From the human T2T-CHM13v2.0 reference genome, Homo sapiens: a DNA stretch of 64,000 bases. The stretch is from the NCBI RefSeq assembly GCF_009914755.1, contig NC_060944.1. One strand, given 5' to 3'. The position numbers and the translations under genes were made by a program. This document shows positions 39,901 to 53,200 of the stretch, piece after piece (position 1 is the stretch's first letter; the number at the start of each line of letters is the position of its first letter). The notes under the pieces are model-generated. The model made no database searches. It was not told the origin of the DNA and saw only the letters and a program-made list of their open reading frames with translations.

Positions 39901-42900
39901 TTTGTCATATCTGGAAGTGTCCATTCGGAGCGCATTCAGGCTTGTGTTGAAAAAGGAAATATCCTCCCATAAAAACTAGACAGAAGCATTCTCAGAAACT
40001 TATCTGTGATGTATGTACTCAACTAACAGAACTAAACCATCGTTTTGAAGGAGCAGTTTTGAAACACTCTTTTTGCGGAATCTGCAAGTGGATATTTGGC
40101 TAGCTGGGAGGATTTCGTTGGAAACGGGAGTACATACAGAAAGCAGAGAGCAGCATTCTCAGAAACATCTTTGTGATGTTTGCATTCAAGTCACAGAGTT
40201 GAACATTCCCTTTCATAGAGCAGGTTTGAAACACTCTTTTTGTAGTATCTGGATGTGGACATTTGGATCGCTTTCAGGCCTATGGTGAAAAAGGAAATAT
40301 CTTCCCATGAAAACTAGACAGAAGCATTCTCAGAAACTTATTTGTGATGTGTGCCCTCAACTGACAGTGTTGAACCTTTGTTTTGATAGAGCAGTTCTGA
40401 AACACACTTTTTGTAAAATCTGCAAGAGGATATTTGGATAGCTTTGAGGATTTCGTTGGAAACGGGAATGTCTTCATGTAAACTCTGGACAGAAGCATTC
40501 TCAGAAACTGCTTTGGGATGTTTCAATTGAAGTCCCAGTGTTGAACATTCCCTTTCATAGAGCAGGTTTGAAACACTCTTTTTGTACTATCTGGAAGTGG
40601 ACATTTGGAGCGCTTTCAGGTCTACGGTGAAAAAGGAGATATCTTCCAATAAAAACTAGATAGAAGCAATGTCAGAACTTTTTTCATGATGTATCTACTC
40701 AGCAAACAGAGTTGAACCTTTCTTTTGAGAGAGCAGTTTTGAAACACTCTTTTTGTGGAATATGCAAGTGGGTATTAGGCCAGCTTGGAGGATTTCGTTG
40801 GAAACGGGAATACGTATAAAAAGCAGACAGCAGCATTGTCAGAAACTACTTTGTGATGTTTGCATTCAAGTCACAGAATTGAACATTCCCTTTCACAGAG
40901 CAGGTTTGAAACACTCTTTTTGTAGTGTCTGTAAGTGAACATTTGGATTGCTTTCAGGCCTAAGGTGAAAAAGGAAATATCTTCCCATAAAAACTAGACA
41001 GAAGCATTCTCAGAAACTTGTTTGTGATGTGTGCCCTCTACTGACAGAGTTGAACCTTTCTTTGCAAAGAGCAGTTTTGAAACACTCTTTTTGTAGAATC
41101 TGCAAGAGGATATTTGGATAGCTTTGAGGATTTCTTGGGAAACGGGAATGTCTTCAGATAAACTCTAGACAGAAGCATTCTCAGAAACTTCTTTGGGATG
41201 TTTCAATTGAAGTCACAGTGTTGAACATTCCCTTTCACAGAGCAGGTTTGAAACACTCTTTTTGTAGTGTCTATAAGTGAACATTTGGCGTGCTTTCAGG
41301 CCTAACGTGAAAAAGGAAATATCTTCCCATAAAAACTAGACAGAAGCATTCTCAGAAACTTGTTCTTGATGTGTCCCCTCTACTGACAGAGTTGAACCTT
41401 TCTTTGCAAAGAGCAGCTTTGAAACACTCTTTTTGTAGAATCTGCAAGAGGATATTTGGATAGCTTGGAGGATTTCGTTGGAAACGGGTATGTCTTCAGA
41501 TAAACTCTAGACAGAAGCATTCTCAGAAACTTCTTTGGGATGTTGCATTCAAGTCACAGAGTAGAACATTCCCATTCATAGAGCAGATTTGAAACACTCT
41601 TTTTGTAGTATCTGGAAGTGGACATTTGGAGCGCTTTCAGGCCTATGTTGAAAAAGGAAATATCTTCCCATAAAAACTAGACGGAAGCATTCTCAGAAAC
41701 TTATTTGTGATGTGTTTGCTCAACTAACAGGATTGAACCATCGTTTTGAAGGAGCAGTTTTGAAACACTGTTTTCGTGGAATCTGCAAGTGGATATTTGG
41801 CTAGCTTTGAGGATTTCGTTGGAAACGGGATTACATATAAAAAGGAGACAGCAGCATTCTCAGAAACTTCTTTGTGATGTCTGCATTCAATTCACAGAGT
41901 TGAGCATTCCCTTTCATAGAGCAGGTTGGAAACACTCTTTTTGTAGTATCTGGATGAGGACATTTGGAGCGCTTTCAGGCGTATGGTGAAAAAGGAAATA
42001 TCTTCCCGTAAAAACTAGACAGAAGCATTCTCAGAAGTTTATTTGTGATGTGTGCCCTCAACTAACAGAGTTGAACCTTTCTTTTGATAGAGCAGTTTTG
42101 AAACACTCTTTTTGTAAAATCTGCAAGAGGATATTTGGATAGCTTTGAGGATTTCGTTGCAAACGGGAATGGCTTCATATAAACTCTAGACAGAAGCATT
42201 CTCAGAAACTTCGTTGGGATGTTTCGATTGAAGTCCCAGTGTTGAACATTCCCTTTTATAGAGCAGGTTGGAAACACTCTTTCTGCATTCCCTGGAAGTG
42301 GACATTTGGAGCGCTTTCAGGACGACGGTGAAAATGGAAATATCTTCCAAGAAAATCTAGATAGAAGCAACGTCAGAAACTTTTATGTGATGGATCTACT
42401 CAGCTAACAGAGTTGAACCTTTCTTTTGAGAGAGCAGTTTTGCAACACTCTTTTTGTGGAACATGCAAGTGGATATTAGGGCAGCTTTGAGGATTTCGTT
42501 GGAAACGGGAATACATGTAAAAAGCAGACAGCAGCATTCTCAGAAACTTCTTTGTGATGTTTGCATTGAAGTCACAGAGTTGAACATTCCCTTTGAGAGA
42601 GCAGGTTTGAAACACGCCTTTTGTCATATCTGGAAGTGTCCATTCGGAGCGCATTCAGGCTTGTGTTGAAAAAGGAAATATCCTCCCATAAAAACTAGAC
42701 AGAAGCATTCTCAGAAACTTATCTGTGATGTATGTACTCAACTAACAGAACTAAACCATCGTTTTGAAGGAGCAGTTTTGAAACACTCTTTTTGCGGAAT
42801 CTGCAAGTGGATATTTGGCTAGCTGGGAGGATTTCGTTGGAAACGGGATTACATACAAAAAGCAGACAGCAGCATTCTCAGAAACTTCTTTGTGATGTTT

Positions 42901-44874
42901 GCATTCAAGTCACAGAGTTGAACATTCCCTTTCATAGAGCAGGTTTGAAACACTCTTTTTGTAGTATCTGGATGTGGACATTTGGATCGCTTTCAGGCCT
43001 ATGGTGAAAAAGGAAATATCTTCCCATGAAAACTAGACAGAAGCATTCTCAGAAACTTATTTGTGATGTGTGCCCTCAACTGACAGTGTTGAACCTTTGT
43101 TTTGATAGAGCAGTTCTGAAACACACTTTTTGTAAAATCTGCAAGAGGATATTTGGATAGCTTTGAGGATTTCGTTGGAAACGGGAATGTCTTCATGTAA
43201 ACTCTAGACAGAAGCATTCTCAGAAACTGCTTTGGGATGTTTCAATTGAAGTCCCAGTGTTGAACATTCCCTTTCATAGAGCAGGTTTGAAACACTCTTT
43301 TTGTACTATCTGGAAGTGGACATTTGGAGCGCTTTCAGGTCTACGGTGAAAAAGGAGATATCTTCCAATAAAAACTAGATAGAAGCAATGTCAGAACTTT
43401 TTTCATGATGTATCTACTCAGCAAACAGAGTTGAACCTTTCTTTTGAGAGAGCAGTTTTGAAACACTCTTTTTGTGGAATATGCAAGTGGGTATTAGGCC
43501 AGCTTGGAGGATTTCGTTGGAAACGGGAATACGTATAAAAAGCAGACAGCAGCATTGTCAGAAACTACTTTGTGATGTTTGCATTCAAGTCACAGAATTG
43601 AACACTCCCTTTCACAGAGCAGGTTTGAAACACTCTTTTTGTAGTGTCTGTAAGTGAACATTTGGATTGCTTTCAGGCCTAAGGTGAAAAAGGAAATATC
43701 TTCCCATAAAAACTAGACAGAAGCATTCTCAGAAACTTGTTTGTGATGTGTGCCCTCTACTGACAGAGTTGAACCTTTCTTTGCAAAGAGCAGTTTTGAA
43801 ACACTCTTTTTGTAGAATCTGCAAGAGGATATTTGGATAGCTTTGAGGATTTCTTGGGAAACGGGAATGTCTTCAGATAAACTCTAGACAGAAGCATTCT
43901 CAGAAACTTCTTTGGGATGTTTCAATTGAAGTCACAGTGTTGAACATTCCCTTTCACAGAGCAGGTTTGGAACACTCTTTTTGTAGTGTCTATAAGTGAA
44001 CATTTGGCGTGCTTTCAGGCCTAACGTGAAAAAGGAAATATCTTCCCATAAAAACTAGACAGAAGCATTCTCAGAAACTTGTTCTTGATGTGTCCCCTCT
44101 ACTGACAGAGTTGAACCTTTCTTTGCAAAGAGCAGCTTTGAAACACTCTTTTTGTAGAATCTGCAAGAGGATATTTGGATAGCTTGGAGGATTTCGTTGG
44201 AAACGGGTATGTCTTCAGATAAACTCTAGACAGAAGCATTCTCAGAAACTTCTTTGGGATGTTGCATTCAAGTCACAGAGTAGAACATTCCCATTCATAG
44301 AGCAGATTTGAAACACTCTTTTTGTAGTATCTGGAAGTGGACATTTGGAGCGCTTTCAGGCCTATGTTGAAAAAGGAAATATCTTCCCATAAAAACTAGA
44401 CGGAAGCATTCTCAGAAACTTATTTGTGATGTGTTTGCTCAACTAACAGGATTGAACCATCGTTTTGAAGGAGCAGTTTTGAAACACTGTTTTCGTGGAA
44501 TCTGCAAGTGGATATTTGGCTAGCTTTGAGGATTTCGTTGGAAACGGGATTACATATAAAAAGGAGACAGCAGCATTCTCAGAAACTTCTTTGTGATGTC
44601 TGCATTCAATTCACAGAGTTGAGCATTCCCTTTCATAGAGCAGGTTGGAAACACTCTTTTTGTAGTATCTGGATGAGGACATTTGGAGCGCTTTCAGGCG
44701 TATGGTGAAAAAGGAAATATCTTCCCATGAAAACTAGACAGAAGCATTCTCAGAAGTTTATTTGTGATGTGTGCCCTCAACTAACAGAGTTGAACCTTTC
44801 TTTTGATAGAGCAGTTTTGAAACACTCTTTTTGTAAAATCTGCAAGAGGATATTTGGATAGCTTTGAGGATTTC
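33999..44874 (+). repeat. Four canonical 16-mers (U13-U16)
   Basis: 2719-bp spacing 34243, 36962, 39681, 42400, 45119. Confidence 0.96.
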
Positions 44875-47250
44875 GTTGCAAACGGGAATGGCTTCATATA
44901 AACTCTAGACAGAAGCATTCTCAGAAACTTCGTTGGGATGTTTCGATTGAAGTCCCAGTGTTGAACATTCCCTTTTATAGAGCAGGTTGGAAACACTCTT
45001 TCTGCATTCCCTGGAAGTGGACATTTGGAGCGCTTTCAGGACGACGGTGAAAATGGAAATATCTTCCAAGAAAATCTAGATAGAAGCAACGTCAGAAACT
45101 TTTATGTGATGGATCTACTCAGCTAACAGAGTTGAACCTTTCTTTTGAGAGAGCAGTTTTGCAACACTCTTTTTGTGGAATATGCAAGTGGATATTAGGG
45201 CAGCTTTGAGGATTTCGTTGGAAACGGGAATACATGTAAAAAGCAGACAGCAGCATTCTCAGAAACTTCTTTGTGATGTTTGCATTGAAGTCACAGAGTT
45301 GAACATTCCCTTTGAGAGAGCAGGTTTGAAACACGCCTTTTGTCATATCTGGAAGTGTCCATTCGGAGCGCATTCAGGCTTGTGTTGAAAAAGGAAATAT
45401 CCTCCCATAAAAACTAGACAGAAGCATTCTCAGAAACTTATCTGTGATGTATGTACTCAACTAACAGAACTAAACCATCGTTTTGAAGGAGCAGTTTTGA
45501 AACACTCTTTTTGCGGAATCTGCAAGTGGATATTTGGCTAGCTGGGAGGATTTCGTTGGAAACGGGATTACATACAAAAAGCAGACAGCAGCATTCTCAG
45601 AAACTTCTTTGTGATGTTTGCATTCAAGTCACAGAGTTGAACATTCCCTTTCATAGAGCAGGTTTGAAACACTCTTTTTGTAGTATCTGGATGTGGACAT
45701 TTGGATCGCTTTCAGGCCTATGGTGAAAAAGGAAATATCTTCCCATGAAAACTAGACAGAAGCATTCTCAGAAACTTATTTGTGATGTGTGCCCTCAACT
45801 GACAGTGTTGAACCTTTGTTTTGATAGAGCAGTTCTGAAACACACTTTTTGTAAAATCTGCAAGAGGATATTTGGATAGCTTTGAGGATTTCGTTGGAAA
45901 CGGGAATGTCTTCATGTAAACTCTAGACAGAAGCATTCTCAGAAACTGCTTTGGGATGTTTCAATTGAAGTCCCAGTGTTGAACATTCCCATTCATAGAG
46001 CAGGTTTGAAACACTCTTTTTGTACTATCTGGAAGTGGACATTTGGAGCGCTTTCAGGTCTACGGTGAAAAAGGAGATATCTTCCAATAAAAACTAGATA
46101 GAAGCAATGTCAGAACTTTTTTCATGATGTATCTACTCAGCAAACAGAGTTGAACCTTTCTTTTGAGAGAGCAGTTTTGAAACACTCTTTTTGTGGAATA
46201 TGCAAGTGGGTATTAGGCCAGCTTGGAGGATTTCGTTGGAAACGGGAATACGTATAAAAAGCAGACAGCAGCATTGTCAGAAACTACTTTGTGATGTTTG
46301 CATTCAAGTCACAGAATTGAACACTCCCTTTCACAGAGCAGGTTTGAAACACTCTTTTTTTAGTATCTGTAAGTGAACATTTGGATTGCTTTCAGGCCTA
46401 AGGTGAAAAAGGAAATATCTTCCCATAAAAACTAGACAGAAGCATTCTCAGAAACTTGTTTGTGATGTGTGCCCTCTACTGACAGAGTTGAACCTTTCTT
46501 TGCAAAGAGCAGCTTTGAAACACACTTTTTGTAGAATCTGCAGAGGATATTTGGATAGCTTTGAGGATTTCGTTGGAAACGGGTATGTCTTCAGATAAAC
46601 TCTAGACAGAAGCATTCTCAGAAACTTCTTTGGGATGTTGCATTCAAGTCACAGAGTAGAACATTCCCATTCATAGAGCAGATTTGAAACACTCTTTTTG
46701 TAGTATCTGGAAGTGGACATTTGGAGCGCTTTCAGGCCTATGTTGAAAAAGGAAATATCTTCCCATAAAAACTAGAAGGAAGCATTCTCAGAAACTTATT
46801 TGTGATGTGTTTGCTCAACTAACAGGATTGAACCATCGTTTTGAAGGAGCAGTTTTGAAACACTGTTTTCGTGGAATCTGCAAGTGGATATTTGGCTAGC
46901 TTTGAGGATTTCGTTGGAAACGGGATTACATATAAAAAGGAGACAGCAGCATTCTCAGAAACTTCTTTGTGATGTCTGCATTCAATTCACAGAGTTGAGC
47001 ATTCCCTTTCATAGAGCAGGTTGGAAACACTCTTTTTGTAGTATCTGGATGAGGACATTTGGAGCGCTTTCAGGCGTATGGTGAAAAAGGAAATATCTTC
47101 CCGTAAAAACTAGACAGAAGCATTCTCAGAAGTTTATTTGTGATGTGTGCCCTCAACTAACAGAGTTGAACCTTTCTTTTGATAGAGCAGTTTTGAAACA
47201 CTCTTTTTGTAAAATCTGCAAGAGGATATTTGGATAGCTTTGAGGATTTC
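44875..47250 (+). repeat. 14-mer HOR structural variant (U17, 2376 bp)
   Basis: Spacing 45119->47495 = 2719-342-1. A single m10/m12 mosaic monomer at ~46443-46612 replaces m10-m11-m12 and carries a 1-bp deletion (TGCAGAGG). Confidence 0.96.
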
Positions 47251-50200
47251 GTTGCAAACGGGAATGGCTTCATATAAACTCTAGACAGAAGCATTCTCAG
47301 AAACTTCGTTGGGATGTTTCGATTGAAGTCCCAGTGTTGAACATTCCCTTTTATAGAGCAGGTTGGAAACACTCTTTCTGCATTCCCTGGAAGTGGACAT
47401 TTGGAGCGCTTTCAGGACGACGGTGAAAATGGAAATATCTTCCAAGAAAATCTAGATAGAAGCAATGTCAGAAACTTTTATGTGATGGATCTGCTCAGCT
47501 AACAGAGTTGAACCTTTCTTTTGAGAGAGCAGTTTTGCAACACTCTTTTTGTGGAATATGCAAGTGGATATTAGGGCAGCTTTGAGGATTTCGTTGGAAA
47601 CGGGAATACATGTAAAAAGCAGACAGCAGCATTCTCAGAAACTTCTTTGTGATGTTTGCATTGAAGTCACAGAGTTGAACATTCCCTTTGAGAGAGCAGG
47701 TTTGAAACACGCCTTTTGTCATATCTGGAAGTGTCCATTCGGAGCGCATTCAGGCTTGTGTTGAAAAAGGAAATATCCTCCCATAAAAACTAGACAGAAG
47801 CATTCTCAGAAACTTATCTGTGATGTATGTACTCAACTAACAGAACTAAACCATCGTTTTGAAGGAGCAGTTTTGAAACACTCTTTTTGCGGAATCTGCA
47901 AGTGGATATTTGGCTAGCTGGGAGGATTTCGTTGGAAACGGGATTACATACAAAAAGCAGACAGCAGCATTCTCAGAAACTTCTTTGTGATGTTTGCATT
48001 CAAGTCACAGAGTTGAACATTCCCTTTCATAGAGCAGGTTTGAAACACTCTTTTTGTAGTATCTGGATGTGGACATTTGGATCGCTTTCAGGCCTATGGT
48101 GAAAAAGGAAATATCTTCCCATGAAAACTAGACAGAAGCATTCTCAGAAACTTATTTGTGATGTGTGCCCTCAACTGACAGTGTTGAACCTTTGTTTTGA
48201 TAGAGCAGTTCTGAAACACACTTTTTGTAAAATCTGCAAGAGGATATTTGGATAGCTTTGAGGATTTCGTTGGAAACGGGAATGTCTTCATGTAAACTCT
48301 AGACAGAAGCATTCTCAGAAACTGCTTTGGGATGTTTCAATTGAAGTCCCAGTGTTGAACATTCCCTTTCATAGAGCAGGTTTGAAACACTCTTTTTGTA
48401 CTATCTGGAAGTGGACATTTGGAGCGCTTTCAGGTCTACGGTGAAAAAGGAGATATCTTCCAATAAAAACTAGATAGAAGCAATGTCAGAACTTTTTTCA
48501 TGATGTATCTACTCAGCAAACAGAGTTGAACCTTTCTTTTGAGAGAGCAGTTTTGAAACACTCTTTTTGTGGAATATGCAAGTGGGTATTAGGCCAGCTT
48601 GGAGGATTTCGTTGGAAACGGGAATACGTATAAAAAGCAGACAGCAGCATTGTCAGAAACTACTTTGTGATGTTTGCATTCAAGTCACAGAATTGAACAC
48701 TCCCTTTCACAGAGCAGGTTTGAAACACTCTTTTTGTAGTGTCTGTAAGTGAACATTTGGATTGCTTTCAGGCCTAAGGTGAAAAAGGAAATATCTTCCC
48801 ATAAAAACTAGACAGAAGCATTCTCAGAAACTTGTTTGTGATGTGTGCCCTCTACTGACAGAGTTGAACCTTTCTTTGCAAAGAGCAGTTTTGAAACACT
48901 CTTTTTGTAGAATCTGCAAGAGGATATTTGGATAGCTTTGAGGATTTCTTGGGAAACGGGAATGTCTTCAGATAAACTCTAGACAGAAGCATTCTCAGAA
49001 ACTTCTTTGGGATGTTTCAATTGAAGTCACAGTGTTGAACATTCCCTTTCACAGAGCAGGTTTGAAACACTCTTTTTGTAGTGTCTATAAGTGAACATTT
49101 GGCGTGCTTTCAGGCCTAACGTGAAAAAGGAAATATCTTCCCATAAAAACTAGACAGAAGCATTCTCAGAAACTTGTTCTTGATGTGTCCCCTCTACTGA
49201 CAGAGTTGAACCTTTCTTTGCAAAGAGCAGCTTTGAAACACTCTTTTTGTAGAATCTGCAAGAGGATATTTGGATAGCTTGGAGGATTTCGTTGGAAACG
49301 GGTATGTCTTCAGATAAACTCTAGACAGAAGCATTCTCAGAAACTTCTTTGGGATGTTGCATTCAAGTCACAGAGTAGAACATTCCCATTCATAGAGCAG
49401 ATTTGAAACACTCTTTTTGTAGTATCTGGAAGTGGACATTTGGAGCGCTTTCAGGCCTATGTTGAAAAAGGAAATATCTTCCCATAAAAACTAGACGGAA
49501 GCATTCTCAGAAACTTATTTGTGATGTGTTTGCTCAACTAACAGGATTGAACCATCGTTTTGAAGGAGCAGTTTTGAAACACTGTTTTCGTGGAATCTGC
49601 AAGTGGATATTTGGCTAGCTTTGAGGATTTCGTTGGAAACGGGATTACATATAAAAAGGAGACAGCAGCATTCTCAGAAACTTCTTTGTGATGTCTGCAT
49701 TCAATTCACAGAGTTGAGCATTCCCTTTCATAGAGCAGGTTGGAAACACTCTTTTTGTAGTATCTGGATGAGGACATTTGGAGCGCTTTCAGGCGTATGG
49801 TGAAAAAGGAAATATCTTCCCGTAAAAACTAGACAGAAGCATTCTCAGAAGTTTATTTGTGATGTGTGCCCTCAACTAACAGAGTTGAACCTTTCTTTTG
49901 ATAGAGCAGTTTTGAAACACTCTTTTTGTAAAATCTGCAAGAGGATATTTGGATAGCTTTGAGGATTTCGTTGCAAACGGGAATGGCTTCATATAAACTC
50001 TAGACAGAAGCATTCTCAGAAACTTCGTTGGGATGTTTCGATTGAAGTCCCAGTGTTGAACATTCCCTTTTATAGAGCAGGTTGGAAACACTCTTTCTGC
50101 ATTCCCTGGAAGTGGACATTTGGAGCGCTTTCAGGACGACGGTGAAAATGGAAATATCTTCCAAGAAAATCTAGATAGAAGCAACGTCAGAAACTTTTAT

Positions 50201-53200
50201 GTGATGGATCTACTCAGCTAACAGAGTTGAACCTTTCTTTTGAGAGAGCAGTTTTGCAACACTCTTTTTGTGGAATATGCAAGTGGATATTAGGGCAGCT
50301 TTGAGGATTTCGTTGGAAACGGGAATACATGTAAAAAGCAGACAGCAGCATTCTCAGAAACTTCTTTGTGATGTTTGCATTGAAGTCACAGAGTTGAACA
50401 TTCCCTTTGAGAGAGCAGGTTTGAAACACGCCTTTTGTCATATCTGGAAGTGTCCATTCGGAGCGCATTCAGGCTTGTGTTGAAAAAGGAAATATCCTCC
50501 CATAAAAACTAGACAGAAGCATTCTCAGAAACTTATCTGTGATGTATGTACTCAACTAACAGAACTAAACCATCGTTTTGAAGGAGCAGTTTTGAAACAC
50601 TCTTTTTGCGGAATCTGCAAGTGGATATTTGGCTAGCTGGGAGGATTTCGTTGGAAACGGGATTACATACAAAAAGCAGACAGCAGCATTCTCAGAAACT
50701 TCTTTGTGATGTTTGCATTCAAGTCACAGAGTTGAACATTCCCTTTCATAGAGCAGGTTTGAAACACTCTTTTTGTAGTATCTGGATGTGGACATTTGGA
50801 TCGCTTTCAGGCCTATGGTGAAAAAGGAAATATCTTCCCATGAAAACTAGACAGAAGCATTCTCAGAAACTTATTTGTGATGTGTGCCCTCAACTGACAG
50901 TGTTGAACCTTTGTTTTGATAGAGCAGTTCTGAAACACACTTTTTGTAAAATCTGCAAGAGGATATTTGGATAGCTTTGAGGATTTCGTTGGAAACGGGA
51001 ATGTCTTCATGTAAACTCTAGACAGAAGCATTCTCAGAAACTGCTTTGGGATGTTTCAATTGAAGTCCCAGTGTTGAACATTCCCTTTCATAGAGCAGGT
51101 TTGAAACACTCTTTTTGTACTATCTGGAAGTGGACATTTGGAGCGCTTTCAGGTCTACGGTGAAAAAGGAGATATCTTCCAATAAAAACTAGATAGAAGC
51201 AATGTCAGAACTTTTTTCATGATGTATCTACTCAGCAAACAGAGTTGAACCTTTCTTTTGAGAGAGCAGTTTTGAAACACTCTTTTTGTGGAATATGCAA
51301 GTGGGTATTAGGCCAGCTTGGAGGATTTCGTTGGAAACGGGAATACGTATAAAAAGCAGACAGCAGCATTGTCAGAAACTACTTTGTGATGTTTGCATTC
51401 AAGTCACAGAATTGAACACTCCCTTTCACAGAGCAGGTTTGAAACACTCTTTTTGTAGTGTCTGTAAGTGAACATTTGGATTGCTTTCAGGCCTAAGGTG
51501 AAAAAGGAAATATCTTCCCATAAAAACTAGACAGAAGCATTCTCAGAAACTTGTTTGTGATGTGTGCCCTCTACTGACAGAGTTGAACCTTTCTTTGCAA
51601 AGAGCAGTTTTGAAACACTCTTTTTGTAGAATCTGCAAGAGGATATTTGGATAGCTTTGAGGATTTCTTGGGAAACGGGAATGTCTTCAGATAAACTCTA
51701 GACAGAAGCATTCTCAGAAACTTCTTTGGGATGTTTCAATTGAAGTCACAGTGTTGAACATTCCCTTTCACAGAGCAGGTTTGAAACACTCTTTTTGTAG
51801 TGTCTATAAGTGAACATTTGGCGTGCTTTCAGGCCTAACGTGAAAAAGGAAATATCTTCCCATAAAAACTAGACAGAAGCATTCTCAGAAACTTGTTCTT
51901 GATGTGTCCCCTCTACTGACAGAGTTGAACCTTTCTTTGCAAAGAGCAGCTTTGAAACACTCTTTTTGTAGAATCTGCAAGAGGATATTTGGATAGCTTG
52001 GAGGATTTCGTTGGAAACGGGTATGTCTTCAGATAAACTCTAGACAGAAGCATTCTCAGAAACTTCTTTGGGATGTTGCATTCAAGTCACAGAGTAGAAC
52101 ATTCCCATTCATAGAGCAGATTTGAAACACTCTTTTTGTAGTATCTGGAAGTGGACATTTGGAGCGCTTTCAGGCCTATGTTGAAAAAGGAAATATCTTC
52201 CCATAAAAACTAGACGGAAGCATTCTCAGAAACTTATTTGTGATGTGTTTGCTCAACTAACAGGATTGAACCATCGTTTTGAAGGAGCAGTTTTGAAACA
52301 CTGTTTTCGTGGAATCTGCAAGTGGATATTTGGCTAGCTTTGAGGATTTCGTTGGAAACGGGATTACATATAAAAAGGAGACAGCAGCATTCTCAGAAAC
52401 TTCTTTGTGATGTCTGCATTCAATTCACAGAGTTGAGCATTCCCTTTCATAGAGCAGGTTGGAAACACTCTTTTTGTAGTATCTGGATGAGGACATTTGG
52501 AGCGCTTTCAGGCGTATGGTGAAAAAGGAAATATCTTCCCGTAAAAACTAGACAGAAGCATTCTCAGAAGTTTATTTGTGATGTGTGCCCTCAACTAACA
52601 GAGTTGAACCTTTCTTTTGATAGAGCAGTTTTGAAACACTCTTTTTGTAAAATCTGCAAGAGGATATTTGGATAGCTTTGAGGATTTCGTTGCAAACGGG
52701 AATGGCTTCATATAAACTCTAGACAGAAGCATTCTCAGAAACTTCGTTGGGATGTTTCGATTGAAGTCCCAGTGTTGAACATTCCCTTTTATAGAGCAGG
52801 TTGGAAACACTCTTTCTGCATTCCCTGGAAGTGGACATTTGGAGCGCTTTCAGGACGACGGTGAAAATGGAAATATCTTCCAAGAAAATCTAGATAGAAG
52901 CAACGTCAGAAACTTTTATGTGATGGATCTACTCAGCTAACAGAGTTGAACCTTTCTTTTGAGAGAGCAGTTTTGCAACACTCTTTTTGTGGAATATGCA
53001 AGTGGATATTAGGGCAGCTTTGAGGATTTCGTTGGAAACGGGAATACATGTAAAAAGCAGACAGCAGCATTCTCAGAAACTTCTTTGTGATGTTTGCATT
53101 GAAGTCACAGAGTTGAACATTCCCTTTGAGAGAGCAGGTTTGAAACACGCCTTTTGTCATATCTGGAAGTGTCCATTCGGAGCGCATTCAGGCTTGTGTT

